In this document: positions 1 through 10,654 of the stretch, piece by piece
Layout: each line of letters begins with the position of its first letter
Numbering within the stretch: position 1 is the first letter of the stretch
Source of the DNA: an uncultured bacterium
Lineage (GTDB): Bacteria > Cloacimonadota > Cloacimonadia > Cloacimonadales > Cloacimonadaceae
Reading direction: 5' to 3'
Assembly: GCA_938009275.1 (NCBI GenBank)
Contig: CALLHY010000030.1
Span: 11,776 to 75,775, forward strand
DNA length: 64,000 nt
The notes under the pieces: generated by a model
Seen by the model: only the letters and a program-made list of their open reading frames with translations
Database searches by the model: none
Told to the model about the DNA's origin: nothing
Program-made: the position numbers and the translations under genes

Positions 1-453
1 AAAACAATGAAACACCGCTTCCTTAACAGATTCTCTTTTTAGTATGTTATAGCATTCCTGATGTGCTTGTCTATCGTGAACTACCACCGGTAAATCATAT
101 TCCACTGCCAGATGCGCCTGGTTGGCAAAAACCTCCCGCTGCACTGGGAAGGGTGATAGATTTCTAAAGAAATCCAAGCCTATCTCACCAATTGCAAGCA
201 CTTTCTTTTCTCTGGCCAATCTTTTTACTAATTCGGCATCAAAGTCTTGCGCATCATGAGGATGGAAGCCAACAGTAGAAAATATGTGCAAGTGTTTCTT
301 TGCCAATTCCAAAGAGCTTAAGGATGTTTCCTTATTGAATGCAATATTCAGGATATATTCTATCCCGCTGTTAAAACATTTACTGATCAAGCTTTCCCGA
401 TCGGAATCGAAATCAGGATGATCTAAATGAGCATGAGTTTCAAATAGCTTCAT
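1..453 (-). CDS. TatD-family metal-dependent hydrolase/DNase, N-terminal part only (gene runs off the window start)
   Basis: Absent from the ORF track because the window edge cuts it. My minus-strand translation from the ATG at complement 451-453 gives MKLFETHAHLDHPDFDSDRESL...FHPHDAQ...IGEIGLDF...VVVHDRQAH, which carries TatD/YcfH-type motifs. Confidence 0.8.
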   Translation of the reverse strand, partial: MKLFETHAHLDHPDFDSDRESLISKCFNSGIEYILNIAFNKETSLSSLELAKKHLHIFSTVGFHPHDAQDFDAELVKRLAREKKVLAIGEIGLDFFRNLSPFPVQREVFANQAHLAVEYDLPVVVHDRQAHQECYNILKRESVKEAVFHCF

Positions 454-585
454 TATCTGTTACTTAACCCCTGATTAATACTGAATGCAATAGAAATCTA
501 CTCTCATATTTCTGTCAAGCAGTTCCCCACATACTATCATACTTCTAGTTCTCAAGAATGTTATTATCAGATTGCCGAACGTAAG

Positions 586-654
586 CTTCCCTGCTGCTTC
601 CTTGCTGCTATCCTGTGTCGAATACAGGATAGCAGCAAGGAAGCAGCAGGGAAG
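586..654. repeat. Perfect palindrome (31-bp arms, 7-nt loop); copy 1 of a palindromic repeat family, probably a terminator for the Na/Pi gene
   Basis: The arm cttccctgctgcttccttgctgctatcctgt (586-616) is the exact reverse complement of 624-654. It lies just downstream of the minus-strand gene ending at 803. Related copies are at 17062-17133 and 22795-22815. Confidence 0.9.
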
Positions 655-802
655 AAGGCAGATAATACAAAGATCAGTCTGATTTTTTGTATGATGATAT
701 TGGGCAACAGGTATCTATTCGGCAAAGGCACCGTAGTTTCTCATAGCCGCGATCTGTTGAAATGTGAAACACAGACTGGGTATTGAGAGCGGGTTTGCTG
801 GA

Positions 803-2485
803 TCAGTCGCCTGATTCGTCCATAGGTTCTCGGTCTTGGCTGTAGATGAAGTTGTGACTTCCAGCTTTCACCAAGTTCTTTAGTTTATCGGCAATTATCT
901 CTACACCATCCAGGTAGTCGATGGTATTCAATCCGCCTGCTGCATCACAATCACCGTTTTGGATTTGCCTAAGCACTTCATCTCGTAGGGTTTGATGTTG
1001 TTCGTTAATTCTACCCTCTATTTCAATTATCTTATATGTGTAATCAATTTTCAGTTCTTCGAGATACTCAATGGATAGATCGATCATAAAAATCACTTTG
1101 GCATGTAGATCGTCTATCATCTTCACGAAAACTGGGCAAAGCTGATGCTTTTGGGCTGGAACCTGGTAGTTTAGAATTCTGTTTATATCTTCGGTGAAAT
1201 CACCTAGCTTTTCTATATCGTTAACGGTATGCAACAGGGCGGGAATCTTTTGGATGATGTCGTCTGCATTGGTACGCTCATTAACAGCAACCAGATAAAG
1301 AGTAATCTCCTTCTGCAGATTATCCACGGCAGTTTCTATCCGGCTAATCCTTATCTGCTTTTTGTAGTTTTTGTCTTTGAATGCTTCGTAGGACACGATA
1401 AGCCCCATGCGCACCAGACGTAGCATTTCACGCAATTCCTTCATCACCTGGCCAATGGCAAGCTCTGCGTCACTGATAATGTGATAATTCAAGTGTTTCG
1501 GTTCACCCAAAGACAGTGTTTCCTCTTTTCCCTGAGGTATAATTGCCTTTGCCAGTTTTGCCAATAGGCCTGCGAAAGGAAGAAACACAATTGTGCACAG
1601 GATATTGAAAAGAGTATGACCATTGGCTACGTGTCGGGCTACGTTCTCACCCGCAAACACGTTTCCGGGGGTAAAGCTATTTACTAGTGAAGTATAGAGC
1701 CCAACATATGTGAGCGTTCCTACCAGGATGGTGCCGAAAAGATTAAACAGAGTGTGCACCAAAGCTACTCGTTTGGCAGTAGTATTAGAGCCTATGCCTG
1801 CCAGCCAGGCGGTAATTGTAGTGCCGATATTATCACCAAAAACCAGATATAAGGCACCCTCAAATGGAATTAAGCCATTGTTCGCCAGAACTATAACGAT
1901 ACCAACTGAGGCCGATGAACTTTGGATAAGCATGGTAAATAGAGTGCCAGTAAGTATACCTAAAACCGGATTTGCAGCTATGCTAACCATGAAGTCTCTG
2001 GCAAGCTGGGATTCTTTTAATGGAGATACGGCAGCGGACATCACATTCAGCCCAACAAAAAGCAAGCCAAAGCCGATTAATATCTGACTCCAGCGTTCCA
2101 TTTTGCGGCTTTTCCGCATGAACAGCAGAATAACACCGGTTATAACAAATACGTAGGCATATTGACCTATGTTAAAGGCAATTAATTGAGCGGTGATGGT
2201 AGTACCAATATTGGCTCCCATCACTACTCCCACAGCTTGGTTCAGGGTCATTATCCCCGTATTTACCAGTCCAATCATCATCACTGTTGTAGCAGAGCTA
2301 CTTTGAATTAGGGCAGTAACTCCCAATCCTACAAAAACGCCTCTTAGAGGTGTGCTGGTGAGTTTCTTAAGAATCTTGCGAAATTCAGCTCCGGCAACGG
2401 CGTGCAGGTTGTCGCTCATTTTGTTCATCCCGAACAAAAACAGGGCTAAACCTCCAAGTAAATTAATGATTTGGAATAAGTTCAT
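803..2485 (-). CDS. Na+/phosphate cotransporter family protein with C-terminal PhoU-like domain
   Basis: 560-aa ORF. The N-terminus LLGGLALFLFGMNKMSDNL, the repeated QSSSA(T/S) motifs and multiple TM segments are typical of the Na/Pi-cotransporter II-related family. The C-terminal third is soluble and helical. Confidence 0.85.
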   Translation of the reverse strand: MNLFQIINLLGGLALFLFGMNKMSDNLHAVAGAEFRKILKKLTSTPLRGVFVGLGVTALIQSSSATTVMMIGLVNTGIMTLNQAVGVVMGANIGTTITAQLIAFNIGQYAYVFVITGVILLFMRKSRKMERWSQILIGFGLLFVGLNVMSAAVSPLKESQLARDFMVSIAANPVLGILTGTLFTMLIQSSSASVGIVIVLANNGLIPFEGALYLVFGDNIGTTITAWLAGIGSNTTAKRVALVHTLFNLFGTILVGTLTYVGLYTSLVNSFTPGNVFAGENVARHVANGHTLFNILCTIVFLPFAGLLAKLAKAIIPQGKEETLSLGEPKHLNYHIISDAELAIGQVMKELREMLRLVRMGLIVSYEAFKDKNYKKQIRISRIETAVDNLQKEITLYLVAVNERTNADDIIQKIPALLHTVNDIEKLGDFTEDINRILNYQVPAQKHQLCPVFVKMIDDLHAKVIFMIDLSIEYLEELKIDYTYKIIEIEGRINEQHQTLRDEVLRQIQNGDCDAAGGLNTIDYLDGVEIIADKLKNLVKAGSHNFIYSQDREPMDESGD

Positions 2486-2949
2486 ACGCTTATAATGTTC
2501 CTCTTAAGCCAAGATAAACAAGTCTTTTTTATGTGCCTGTAACGGTCAAGCAGTATTTATTTTGCATGTGACTTGTTTCAATTTTCGCAGAAGGGCTTTG
2601 CTTTATGCAACCCAATTATGAATTCTACTAATTCAGATTAGCAATAGCCTACTATCGCAGTAGAATATTTATGCAGGATTCGCTGATGAGGATTGTATTA
2701 TAAATGTGTGGCGAAAGATCAGCATTGGATTAGATTAGAATGTCCGGCTTGATTTTTGGCAAAACATATTTCGTGCATTATCTATCTGTATGTATGTCAA
2801 GCAGATTACATCATGTTTGATTTCGTTGGATATGGACAAGTGATATTTTAGTAATGGTTCGGCTTCATTCTTGCTTAAACCATATAAGTACGAAGAAGTG
2901 AAACCTTCAAATAGTGATTTTTAATGATTGAATTAAATAAGGAGTGGAA

Positions 2950-5900
2950 ATGAAAAACCACGCGTTGTTACTCGTATTGCTGGTTTTGGGATCATTGCTG
3001 TTTGCTGTCCCAGGAACCATCAAACTTCAGAATTCTCCCATGGCAGTTGAATTGCTGCGTAATGGCTCCGACGGGCTTAATGTCCGTTATGCCATAGATG
3101 AACTGCATCACAGACAAATCAACTCAAAAGAAGGTGTGTGGACAGAGCTGTCTATTTCGAATTACACCACAACCAACCGTGAGGGAGTTCCCTCACTGCC
3201 ATTAATCCGTCAGCTAATAGGTGTCCCCATTGGTGCTGAAGTATCGGTGTCCTTTGTAAACTCAGACACCAAGACCATAGATTTGACAGGAAGCGGCATT
3301 ACCTATCCCATTATTCCTCGTCAGGCATCTGTTGCCAAATGCGAAGACCCTGCCAGTCTTGCCTTCGCCGTGAATCGTGATTTTTACAATAGCAACTCCT
3401 GGACAGATGATCAACACATCAGTGTAACAGAATTAGGCATTTTACGCGGAACCCGTATATTTGCGCTGGACTTTGCTCCGGTTCGCTACAATCCATTACG
3501 GAAGAAAATTGAAGTTGTATACAACGCCGAAGTTCGTGTAAACTTCAGCGGATCTGACCTTGATGCCACCAGAGAGCTTAAAGAGCGCACCTATTCTCCA
3601 GCTTTCGAACGCAATCTGGCCGGAGTGTTGTTCAACTATGAACCCTCCAGGCCAAGCTTGAACCGTTACCCGATCGGATATGTTATCATCATGCCCGATA
3701 ACTATGCAAGCGCAATGCAGCCTTTTATCGATTGGAAGAGAAGAGAAGGTTACAATGTTATAGTATCCCCCACCTCTGTTACTGGTACCACAGCCAACAA
3801 CATTAAGACATACATGCAAAATTTGTGGAATAATGCCACTACCACCAATCCAGCTCCTTCTTATTTGCTAATTGTTGGGGACGTAGCCCAGGTTCCGGCA
3901 AATACCGGATCAACTGGTTCACATCCCACAGACTTGAATTATGTTCGTTTACAGGGCACAGATTATATGCCCGAGATGTATTTCGGCCGTTTCTCTGCTA
4001 CCAGCGTAGCGGAAGTTACCAATCAGGTTAACAAAACTCTCATGCATGAGCAATACACTATGCCCAACGACGAATACCTGGCAAAATCGGTACTAATAGC
4101 TGGTGTTGATAGTAGCTATGGCCCTTCACATGCCAATGGCCAGATAAATTATGGTGCAAACAACTATTTCAACGCTAATAATGGTATTACCAGCACCAAT
4201 TTTATGTATCCTGCGTCTGGTAGCTCTGCATCATCAATTGTGCAGAATGTATCTAACGGCGTTGGATATGTAAACTATACTGCTCATGGTTCTGAAACTA
4301 GCTGGTCTGATCCCAGCTTCACCATCAGTAATATAAACAGTTTACAAAATACCAATGAATACTCCTATGTAGTAGGAAACTGCTGCATCACGAATAAATT
4401 CGACGTAGGCACTTGCTTCGGCGAGGCTTGGTTACGCGCCAGTAATAAGGGTGCCATTATTTATATTGGTGGCACGAATAACACTTATTGGGATGAAGAC
4501 TATTATTGGGCTGTTGGCTACAAACCACCTGTGGTTAGCACCGGCTCACCTTTCGTGGCAAACCGGACTGGTGCTTATGACGCCATCTTCCATACTCACA
4601 ATGAAGCATTTGCAGATTGGGGTGGAAATGCAGGGAGCATGGTACTGATGGGTAATCTCGCTGTTGTAACATCTAATAGTAGCCGTATAAACTACTATTG
4701 GGAGATCTATTCCATTATGGGCGATCCCTCCCTAATCCCCTATCTTGGCATTCCTCAGCAGAACTCATTCCAAGCACCTCCCCAGATATTCTTGGGTGTA
4801 GGCAGCATGGATATCCAAGCCGATCCCTATACCTGGGTTTCATTATCTATGAATAATGTTATTCATGGCGTTGGGCTTACTAACGAAAGCGGTGCACTGA
4901 CTCTGAACTTTACCCCCTTTACTCAGCCAGGAAATGCTCAAATAGTAATGACCCGCTCACGCCGTCGTCCTCTTATAAACAACATTCAAGTAATAGCTAA
5001 TGTGGGACCCTACATTACCATGGGACAAATGCAGATTTCAGACGATAACAATGGAATCCCAGAAGCAGGAGAGACCATTAGCCTTTCCGCTCCCTTCAAT
5101 AACGTTGGTATTGAGAATGCCACCAACCTTAGCTGCACCCTAACGTCTGAAAGCGAATGGGTTCAGATAAACACTCCCCAGATTTCCATCCCGGATATCA
5201 GTGCCGGAAATAGTGTAAACATGAGCAATGCATACAATGTGGTTATAAATCCCAACATACCTGATCAGACTGATGTAGTATTTAACTTTATTGTTCAAAG
5301 TGGAGCCAATACTTGGGAGATTCAAAGAACCATTACCGTAGATGCCCCGAACATGATATTCGGCTCACCCGTTGTTTTCGACAGCAGCGGAGATGGCATA
5401 TATCAGAGCGGGGAAACCTTGAATGTTACTTTAGACATCAGCAATACTGGTCACATGCTAACTGGAAATGGTAGCGTGTCACTATTTGTGGCTACCGACA
5501 ATGCCTATATTGACGTAGTGAACTTCTCAATCCCCACATTGCCGATAGACTATGTTCTACCTCTAAACTTCAATGTGCAGATTAACGAAACTGCTGCCGA
5601 CGGCGACATAGTTCGGGTTGGTGTGCTCTTTAACTCAGGCGTACTAATGGCAAATAGCTCGTTGATATTCCCAGTAGGCCTGGTTGGAGAAGGATTTGAA
5701 TCCGGAACCTTTGGCGCATACCCGTGGGTAAACACCAGCAGTAGCCCCTGGACAATCACTACCGGAACCGGAAATGTACACAGCGGAAACTATAGTGCCA
5801 AATCAGGCCCTATCTCAAACTATGGCTCTACAACTCTTCAGATAACTCATACAGCTTCAGTTGATGGATATATGAAGTTCTGGCGTAAGGTGAGCAGTGA

Positions 5901-6738
5901 AACCGGTCATGACTACTTAACTTTCTACATCAACGGTGCCGTTATGGCCGCATGGAGCGGAGCACAAGACTGGACAGAGATGATGTATCCCGTTTCTGCT
6001 GGAACTAATATATATAAATGGACATACTCCAAAGATGGTTCAACAGCTAACGGAAGTGACTGCGCCTGGATAGATGATGTGGTCTTTCCCGGCTCTGGTA
6101 ACGTGAGCTTCCCTATGTTATATAGCTCAACCAGTAATATAGATTTTACAGGTGCTCAGCCAAATTCTACCCTCAGTTCGGATATTATTATCCGCAACTT
6201 AGGAAATGCTCCTTTAACAGGAACAATATCAGTGCCAACAGGCTTCAGCTTGAGTTTAAATGGAATCAGCCTGCCCATCGATTATTCTTACCAGATTGAT
6301 GCTGGGGTAACAAGATCATACTCTATTAGCTATACAACTGGACCTGTGGTATCTTATATTGATGAAGAGATTATGATCACAGCCAATGATCCAGATAATC
6401 CTGTTCTTATAATCCCGATAGTAGTTGGTACTGGTAACAGTGATGTAAACATTAGCCCTGTTGAAAACAATCTAGACAGGAACTACCCTAATCCGTTTAA
6501 TCCTGAAACAACCATCCGCTTCTCAATTAAGGAAGGCGGTAATGTGCAACTGAACGTTTACAACCTAAAGGGTCAGCTGATCCGTAGCTTGGTGAACGCC
6601 CAGTTATCTGCCGGCCAGCATCGGATAGTTTGGAATGGCAAAGATAATAATGGAAATGCCGTTGCCAGCGGTATATATCTATATAAGATGGAAACAGCAA
6701 ACTACTCTTCAATGCAGAAGATGATGCTAATGAAGTAA
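2950..6738 (+). CDS. Secreted gingipain-like cysteine peptidase (family C25) with Ig-like domains and a T9SS-type C-terminal sorting domain
   Basis: AGGAG at 2940-2944 precedes the ATG at 2950 (MKNHALLLVLLVLG signal peptide). Catalytic-type motifs are YTAHGSETSW (His) and VVGNCCITNKF (Cys). The C-terminus reads NYPNPFNPETTIRFSI...GIYLYKM...KMMLMK. Confidence 0.85.
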   Translation: MKNHALLLVLLVLGSLLFAVPGTIKLQNSPMAVELLRNGSDGLNVRYAIDELHHRQINSKEGVWTELSISNYTTTNREGVPSLPLIRQLIGVPIGAEVSVSFVNSDTKTIDLTGSGITYPIIPRQASVAKCEDPASLAFAVNRDFYNSNSWTDDQHISVTELGILRGTRIFALDFAPVRYNPLRKKIEVVYNAEVRVNFSGSDLDATRELKERTYSPAFERNLAGVLFNYEPSRPSLNRYPIGYVIIMPDNYASAMQPFIDWKRREGYNVIVSPTSVTGTTANNIKTYMQNLWNNATTTNPAPSYLLIVGDVAQVPANTGSTGSHPTDLNYVRLQGTDYMPEMYFGRFSATSVAEVTNQVNKTLMHEQYTMPNDEYLAKSVLIAGVDSSYGPSHANGQINYGANNYFNANNGITSTNFMYPASGSSASSIVQNVSNGVGYVNYTAHGSETSWSDPSFTISNINSLQNTNEYSYVVGNCCITNKFDVGTCFGEAWLRASNKGAIIYIGGTNNTYWDEDYYWAVGYKPPVVSTGSPFVANRTGAYDAIFHTHNEAFADWGGNAGSMVLMGNLAVVTSNSSRINYYWEIYSIMGDPSLIPYLGIPQQNSFQAPPQIFLGVGSMDIQADPYTWVSLSMNNVIHGVGLTNESGALTLNFTPFTQPGNAQIVMTRSRRRPLINNIQVIANVGPYITMGQMQISDDNNGIPEAGETISLSAPFNNVGIENATNLSCTLTSESEWVQINTPQISIPDISAGNSVNMSNAYNVVINPNIPDQTDVVFNFIVQSGANTWEIQRTITVDAPNMIFGSPVVFDSSGDGIYQSGETLNVTLDISNTGHMLTGNGSVSLFVATDNAYIDVVNFSIPTLPIDYVLPLNFNVQINETAADGDIVRVGVLFNSGVLMANSSLIFPVGLVGEGFESGTFGAYPWVNTSSSPWTITTGTGNVHSGNYSAKSGPISNYGSTTLQITHTASVDGYMKFWRKVSSETGHDYLTFYINGAVMAAWSGAQDWTEMMYPVSAGTNIYKWTYSKDGSTANGSDCAWIDDVVFPGSGNVSFPMLYSSTSNIDFTGAQPNSTLSSDIIIRNLGNAPLTGTISVPTGFSLSLNGISLPIDYSYQIDAGVTRSYSISYTTGPVVSYIDEEIMITANDPDNPVLIIPIVVGTGNSDVNISPVENNLDRNYPNPFNPETTIRFSIKEGGNVQLNVYNLKGQLIRSLVNAQLSAGQHRIVWNGKDNNGNAVASGIYLYKMETANYSSMQKMMLMK

Positions 6739-6749
6739 CTAATTGTTAT

Positions 6750-6782
6750 GGGTTTGACGTTCCTGATGGGAACGTCAAACCC
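6750..6782 (+). terminator. Hairpin between the two C25 peptidase genes
   Basis: gggtttgacgttcc (6750-6763) pairs perfectly with ggaacgtcaaaccc (6769-6782) around a 5-nt loop. There is no clean T-tract directly after it. Confidence 0.5.
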
Positions 6783-6842
6783 AATAATAGATATCATAGA
6801 TTTGTTTTTTTAGATTAAGTGCATAGAATACATGGAGGAACC

Positions 6843-9800
6843 ATGAGACCCATATTGATTATAATAAGCTTGCTAATAGCGATCACATCGCTTTTTGCAG
6901 CGCAGATCACGGTAAGTGGATATCAAAATGATTTTCGCATAACCAGTGGTACAAACAACAACATGGAATTGGAGTTTACTTTAGGAAGTTTCTATAGTAA
7001 CCCCATTAGCATAAACGGAAGTGAATGGCACACTGTTTCACTACCTAAGGAAGCCATATCGCTTGAAGCAGGCTTTCCCGAGCTTCCTATTGTTTCCCGA
7101 AGCGTAATTATTCCTGCTACCGCCGCGATGCAGCTAAGCACATTAAGCAGCGAATACGTAGATATTCAGATGCAAGTCGCGCCATCTAAGGGAAACCTGA
7201 CCAGAAACATAAATCCAGAGTCTGTAGCCTATAGCTTTGCGGATGTATATGAAAGTAATGAAGCTTATCCAGAGCAGATTACCAGCTTAACCGAGCCCTT
7301 TATTCTTCGTGATTATCGTGGAATAACCATTCGTGTAAACCCCTTCCAATACTTTCCCGCAACAGGAACTTTACGTGTTTACACCAAGCTAAGTCTTTCC
7401 CTACAAGTAAACGGAACAGACCTTAACAATGCCATATCATCTTCAAAATCCAGCTATGCCCGCAGTTTTGAAAGCATTTACCAGAACATGTTTTTAAACT
7501 TTGGTGACGCCAAATACCCCAGCTTAGGTGAAGAAGGCAGCATACTGGTTATCAAACACAGCATGTTTGATGCTACATTGCAACCTTGGGTGGACTGGAA
7601 GCGTCAGATTGGATTTGACGTTACTGTAGTAGATGTTACTACAACCGGTGCATCTGCCAACCAGATAAAAACCTATATTCAAAACTTCTATAATGCCGAT
7701 AACAACCTGATGTTCGTTCAGATTTTTGGCGATGCTCCCCAGGTTCCCTCCCTGTCTTCGGGTGGCGGTGGCAGTGATCCGTCTTATGCTCTTCTTGCTG
7801 GAAGTGACAACTATCCAGACATTTTTGTTGGCAGATTCTCTGCATCCAACGTTAATGACATGCAAACCCAGGTTCAGCGCAGCATCTATTACGAAAGAGA
7901 TATCCAGGTTGGTGCCGACTATCTGGCAAAAGCCATGGGAATCGCCTCTTCCGAAGGTGGTGGTGGACAGGGTGATAACAACGAAAGTGACATCCAACAC
8001 ATGAATCTCATCCGTACAGATTTGTTAAACTATGGCTACACCTCGGTAGACCAGGTTTACGATCCGAGCGCGTCTGCAGCAACAGTCAGCACCAATTTGA
8101 ACGCCGGACGAGGATTCATAAACTACGTTGGTCATGGTTCAGACACCTCCTGGGTAACCACAGGTTTTAGCAATTCTCACGTTAACAACCTTACAAACAG
8201 CAACATGCTGCCATTCATAGTATCCGTAGCCTGCGTTAATGGAAACTTTGTTAGTCAGACCTGTTTTGCAGAAGCTTGGATGCGTGCCACACACAATACC
8301 ACTGGTGCCCCAACTGGAGCAATAGCCATTTATGCCTCCACGGTTAATCAAGGGTGGAATCCGCCCATGCGTGGACAGGATGAAATAACAGACCTCCTGA
8401 TTGCCGAATCAAAACATAGAATTGGCAGCCTTTATTTTAATGGCTCATCCAAGATGATTGAGGCTTATGGCACCTCCGGTGTGTCTGAGTACAAAAACTG
8501 GACAATCTTTGGCGACGCTTCACTAATGGTGCGCACACAAAACCCCAGTCTGATGAATGCCAGCTACAATCCAGTGCTGCTAATGGGAGTATCAAACTTC
8601 AGCATCCAGACAGAGCCAAATGCCTACATTACCCTTAGCAATGCCGGAACTATATACGGTAAAGCAGTAGCCAATGCCACTGGTAATGCCTCAATTACTC
8701 TAAATCCTGCCCCAGCAGAACCGATGAACTTAACCTTAACTGTGGTGGCATTTAATAAGCAAACTCTTATTCAAACCATCCAGGTTCTGCCCAATGACGG
8801 CCCTTATCTGATGTTGGATAGTATTAGCATTAGCGATGATAACGACTCCATTCCCCAATATGGCGAACTGGTTCAGCTTTCACTAAATGTAAACAACATT
8901 GGCAGCGAAGCTGCAAACAACGTTTCTGTGTCACTAAGCACATCCGACAGTAATGTTACAATCGTAAATCCGATGTTTAGCATACCCACTGTTGATGCTA
9001 ATGGTGGCGGATTATTCGGTAACATCCCCATTCAAATTAGCTCTTCCATTCCCGATCAGCATGAAGTTATAATTAACGTACACATGCAAGAAGAAAATGG
9101 TGATACCTTCGATTTCGAACGCAGTTTCGTGGTTAACGCCCCACAAATCAGTTGGGGAACCATAGAGATTGACGATACAGATGGCAACAACAATGGCAGA
9201 GTGGACGCGGGTGAATCAATCGTTTTCACGCTTAACCTTAGCAATACAGGCCATGCTGATGCAACTGATATTAGCTCAACCATTCTTATTAACGGCGTAG
9301 ACCACTATTATGTAGAGCCGGTTCTTCCCGAGATTGCATCTGTCCCCGTGGGATTCCAGGAGATGCTTATCTACAGAGTATCATTCAGTTCTCAGATACC
9401 CACCGGCACCCAAATTCAGATAACAGCCATGGCTTTTCACGGTGACTATCTGGCAATGAATACCTATAGTCTTACCCTCGGATTAGAATTAGAGAATTTT
9501 GAAGCCGGCTTCTCTTCCATGCCCTGGACTTTCCAAGGCGGCACATGGTTAGATACTCAAAGCAGTTACAACGGTTCGATGGCTGCGAAATCTCCAGCCA
9601 TTAACCACGGCACAAACACAAGCATGAGCATCACCAAGAACATACAGAATGCCGGCAGCCTGTCCTTCTGGAAAAAGGTATCCAGTGAAGCTACTTACGA
9701 TAAGCTAACCTTCCATATAAACGGCCTTTTAATGGGTGAATGGAGCGGTACATCTGATAGCTGGAGCCAGGTAAGTTATCCTGTTCAGGCAGGACTCAAT

Positions 9801-10535
9801 ATCTTCACCTGGAAATATACCAAAGATGGCGGCGGCTCTGTTGGCAGTGACTGCGCCTGGATAGACGACATCATCTTCCCCTCTACCAACGAGATTCTGG
9901 GTGATCCCATCTTATCAGTCATTACCGAAAACATAAACTTTGGTGATGTTCCTGCTAATAACTCCATTAGCCAAACCATTACTATCACCAATAGTGGCAC
10001 TGCCGCCATGATGGGTGTGGTTAATAGCACAGCTCCCTTCTACTTAGGTGAAAATCCAGCACAGAATTCCTTAACAGAAAGCTATTACCTGCCCGCCGGT
10101 GAAACCATGGAAATGATGGTAACCTTCGCACCTACCTATGCCAATAACTACAGCGCAAATATTACTATCAGCTCAGACGATCCCAATATGCCAGAAGCCA
10201 TCGTACCGGTTTTGGGAACCAGCGGAACAGTCAGTAACCAGGATTTAGTAAACCCATTGGTTACTGCTTTACATGGAAACTATCCAAATCCCTTCAATCC
10301 CAATACCAACATCAAGTTCAGCCTCAAGGAGAACAGCCCAGTCCAACTGGATATCTACAATATCTCCGGGCAGAAAGTTCGAACATTGCTAAATGCCAAT
10401 ATGGCTGCAGGCAATCATATTGTAACATGGAACGGTTTGGATAACTCGGGTAGATCAGTTGGTAGCGGTGTGTATTTCTTCAAGATGAATTCCGGTAAAT
10501 ACACCAGCACCAAGAAAATGATTCTAATGAAATAA
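6843..10535 (+). CDS. Second gingipain-like C25 peptidase paralog with T9SS-type C-terminal sorting domain
   Basis: GGAGGA at 6834-6839 precedes the ATG at 6843 (MRPILIIISLLIAITSLFA). Motifs are YVGHGSDTSW (His), IVSVACVNGNF (Cys) and the shared module SDCAWIDD(V/I)(V/I)FP. The C-terminus reads NYPNPFNPNTNIKFSL...GVYFFKM...KMILMK. Confidence 0.85.
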   Translation: MRPILIIISLLIAITSLFAAQITVSGYQNDFRITSGTNNNMELEFTLGSFYSNPISINGSEWHTVSLPKEAISLEAGFPELPIVSRSVIIPATAAMQLSTLSSEYVDIQMQVAPSKGNLTRNINPESVAYSFADVYESNEAYPEQITSLTEPFILRDYRGITIRVNPFQYFPATGTLRVYTKLSLSLQVNGTDLNNAISSSKSSYARSFESIYQNMFLNFGDAKYPSLGEEGSILVIKHSMFDATLQPWVDWKRQIGFDVTVVDVTTTGASANQIKTYIQNFYNADNNLMFVQIFGDAPQVPSLSSGGGGSDPSYALLAGSDNYPDIFVGRFSASNVNDMQTQVQRSIYYERDIQVGADYLAKAMGIASSEGGGGQGDNNESDIQHMNLIRTDLLNYGYTSVDQVYDPSASAATVSTNLNAGRGFINYVGHGSDTSWVTTGFSNSHVNNLTNSNMLPFIVSVACVNGNFVSQTCFAEAWMRATHNTTGAPTGAIAIYASTVNQGWNPPMRGQDEITDLLIAESKHRIGSLYFNGSSKMIEAYGTSGVSEYKNWTIFGDASLMVRTQNPSLMNASYNPVLLMGVSNFSIQTEPNAYITLSNAGTIYGKAVANATGNASITLNPAPAEPMNLTLTVVAFNKQTLIQTIQVLPNDGPYLMLDSISISDDNDSIPQYGELVQLSLNVNNIGSEAANNVSVSLSTSDSNVTIVNPMFSIPTVDANGGGLFGNIPIQISSSIPDQHEVIINVHMQEENGDTFDFERSFVVNAPQISWGTIEIDDTDGNNNGRVDAGESIVFTLNLSNTGHADATDISSTILINGVDHYYVEPVLPEIASVPVGFQEMLIYRVSFSSQIPTGTQIQITAMAFHGDYLAMNTYSLTLGLELENFEAGFSSMPWTFQGGTWLDTQSSYNGSMAAKSPAINHGTNTSMSITKNIQNAGSLSFWKKVSSEATYDKLTFHINGLLMGEWSGTSDSWSQVSYPVQAGLNIFTWKYTKDGGGSVGSDCAWIDDIIFPSTNEILGDPILSVITENINFGDVPANNSISQTITITNSGTAAMMGVVNSTAPFYLGENPAQNSLTESYYLPAGETMEMMVTFAPTYANNYSANITISSDDPNMPEAIVPVLGTSGTVSNQDLVNPLVTALHGNYPNPFNPNTNIKFSLKENSPVQLDIYNISGQKVRTLLNANMAAGNHIVTWNGLDNSGRSVGSGVYFFKMNSGKYTSTKKMILMK

Positions 10536-10557
10536 TATCAACCTTAGATATGCCTTA

Positions 10558-10590
10558 AGGGAGGGGAGTTCACCCCTCCCTTTATGCTTT
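10558..10590 (+). terminator. Rho-independent terminator after the second C25 peptidase gene
   Basis: agggagggg (10558-10566) pairs with cccctccct (10573-10581) around a 6-nt loop, followed by ttatgctttt. Confidence 0.75.
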
Positions 10591-10635
10591 TAACTACTTA
10601 ATCTCGCAAGCAATATCGTGTCTCCAGATAAGATA

Positions 10636-10654
10636 AAGCTTCAAAATGAAGCTT
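10636..10654. repeat. Small palindrome aagcttca-aaa-tgaagctt; a second copy is at 63922-63940
   Basis: 8-bp arms with a 3-nt loop. The 20-nt strings aagcttcaaaatgaagcttc (here) and aagcttcaagatgaagcttc (63922-63941) differ at one position. Confidence 0.5.
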
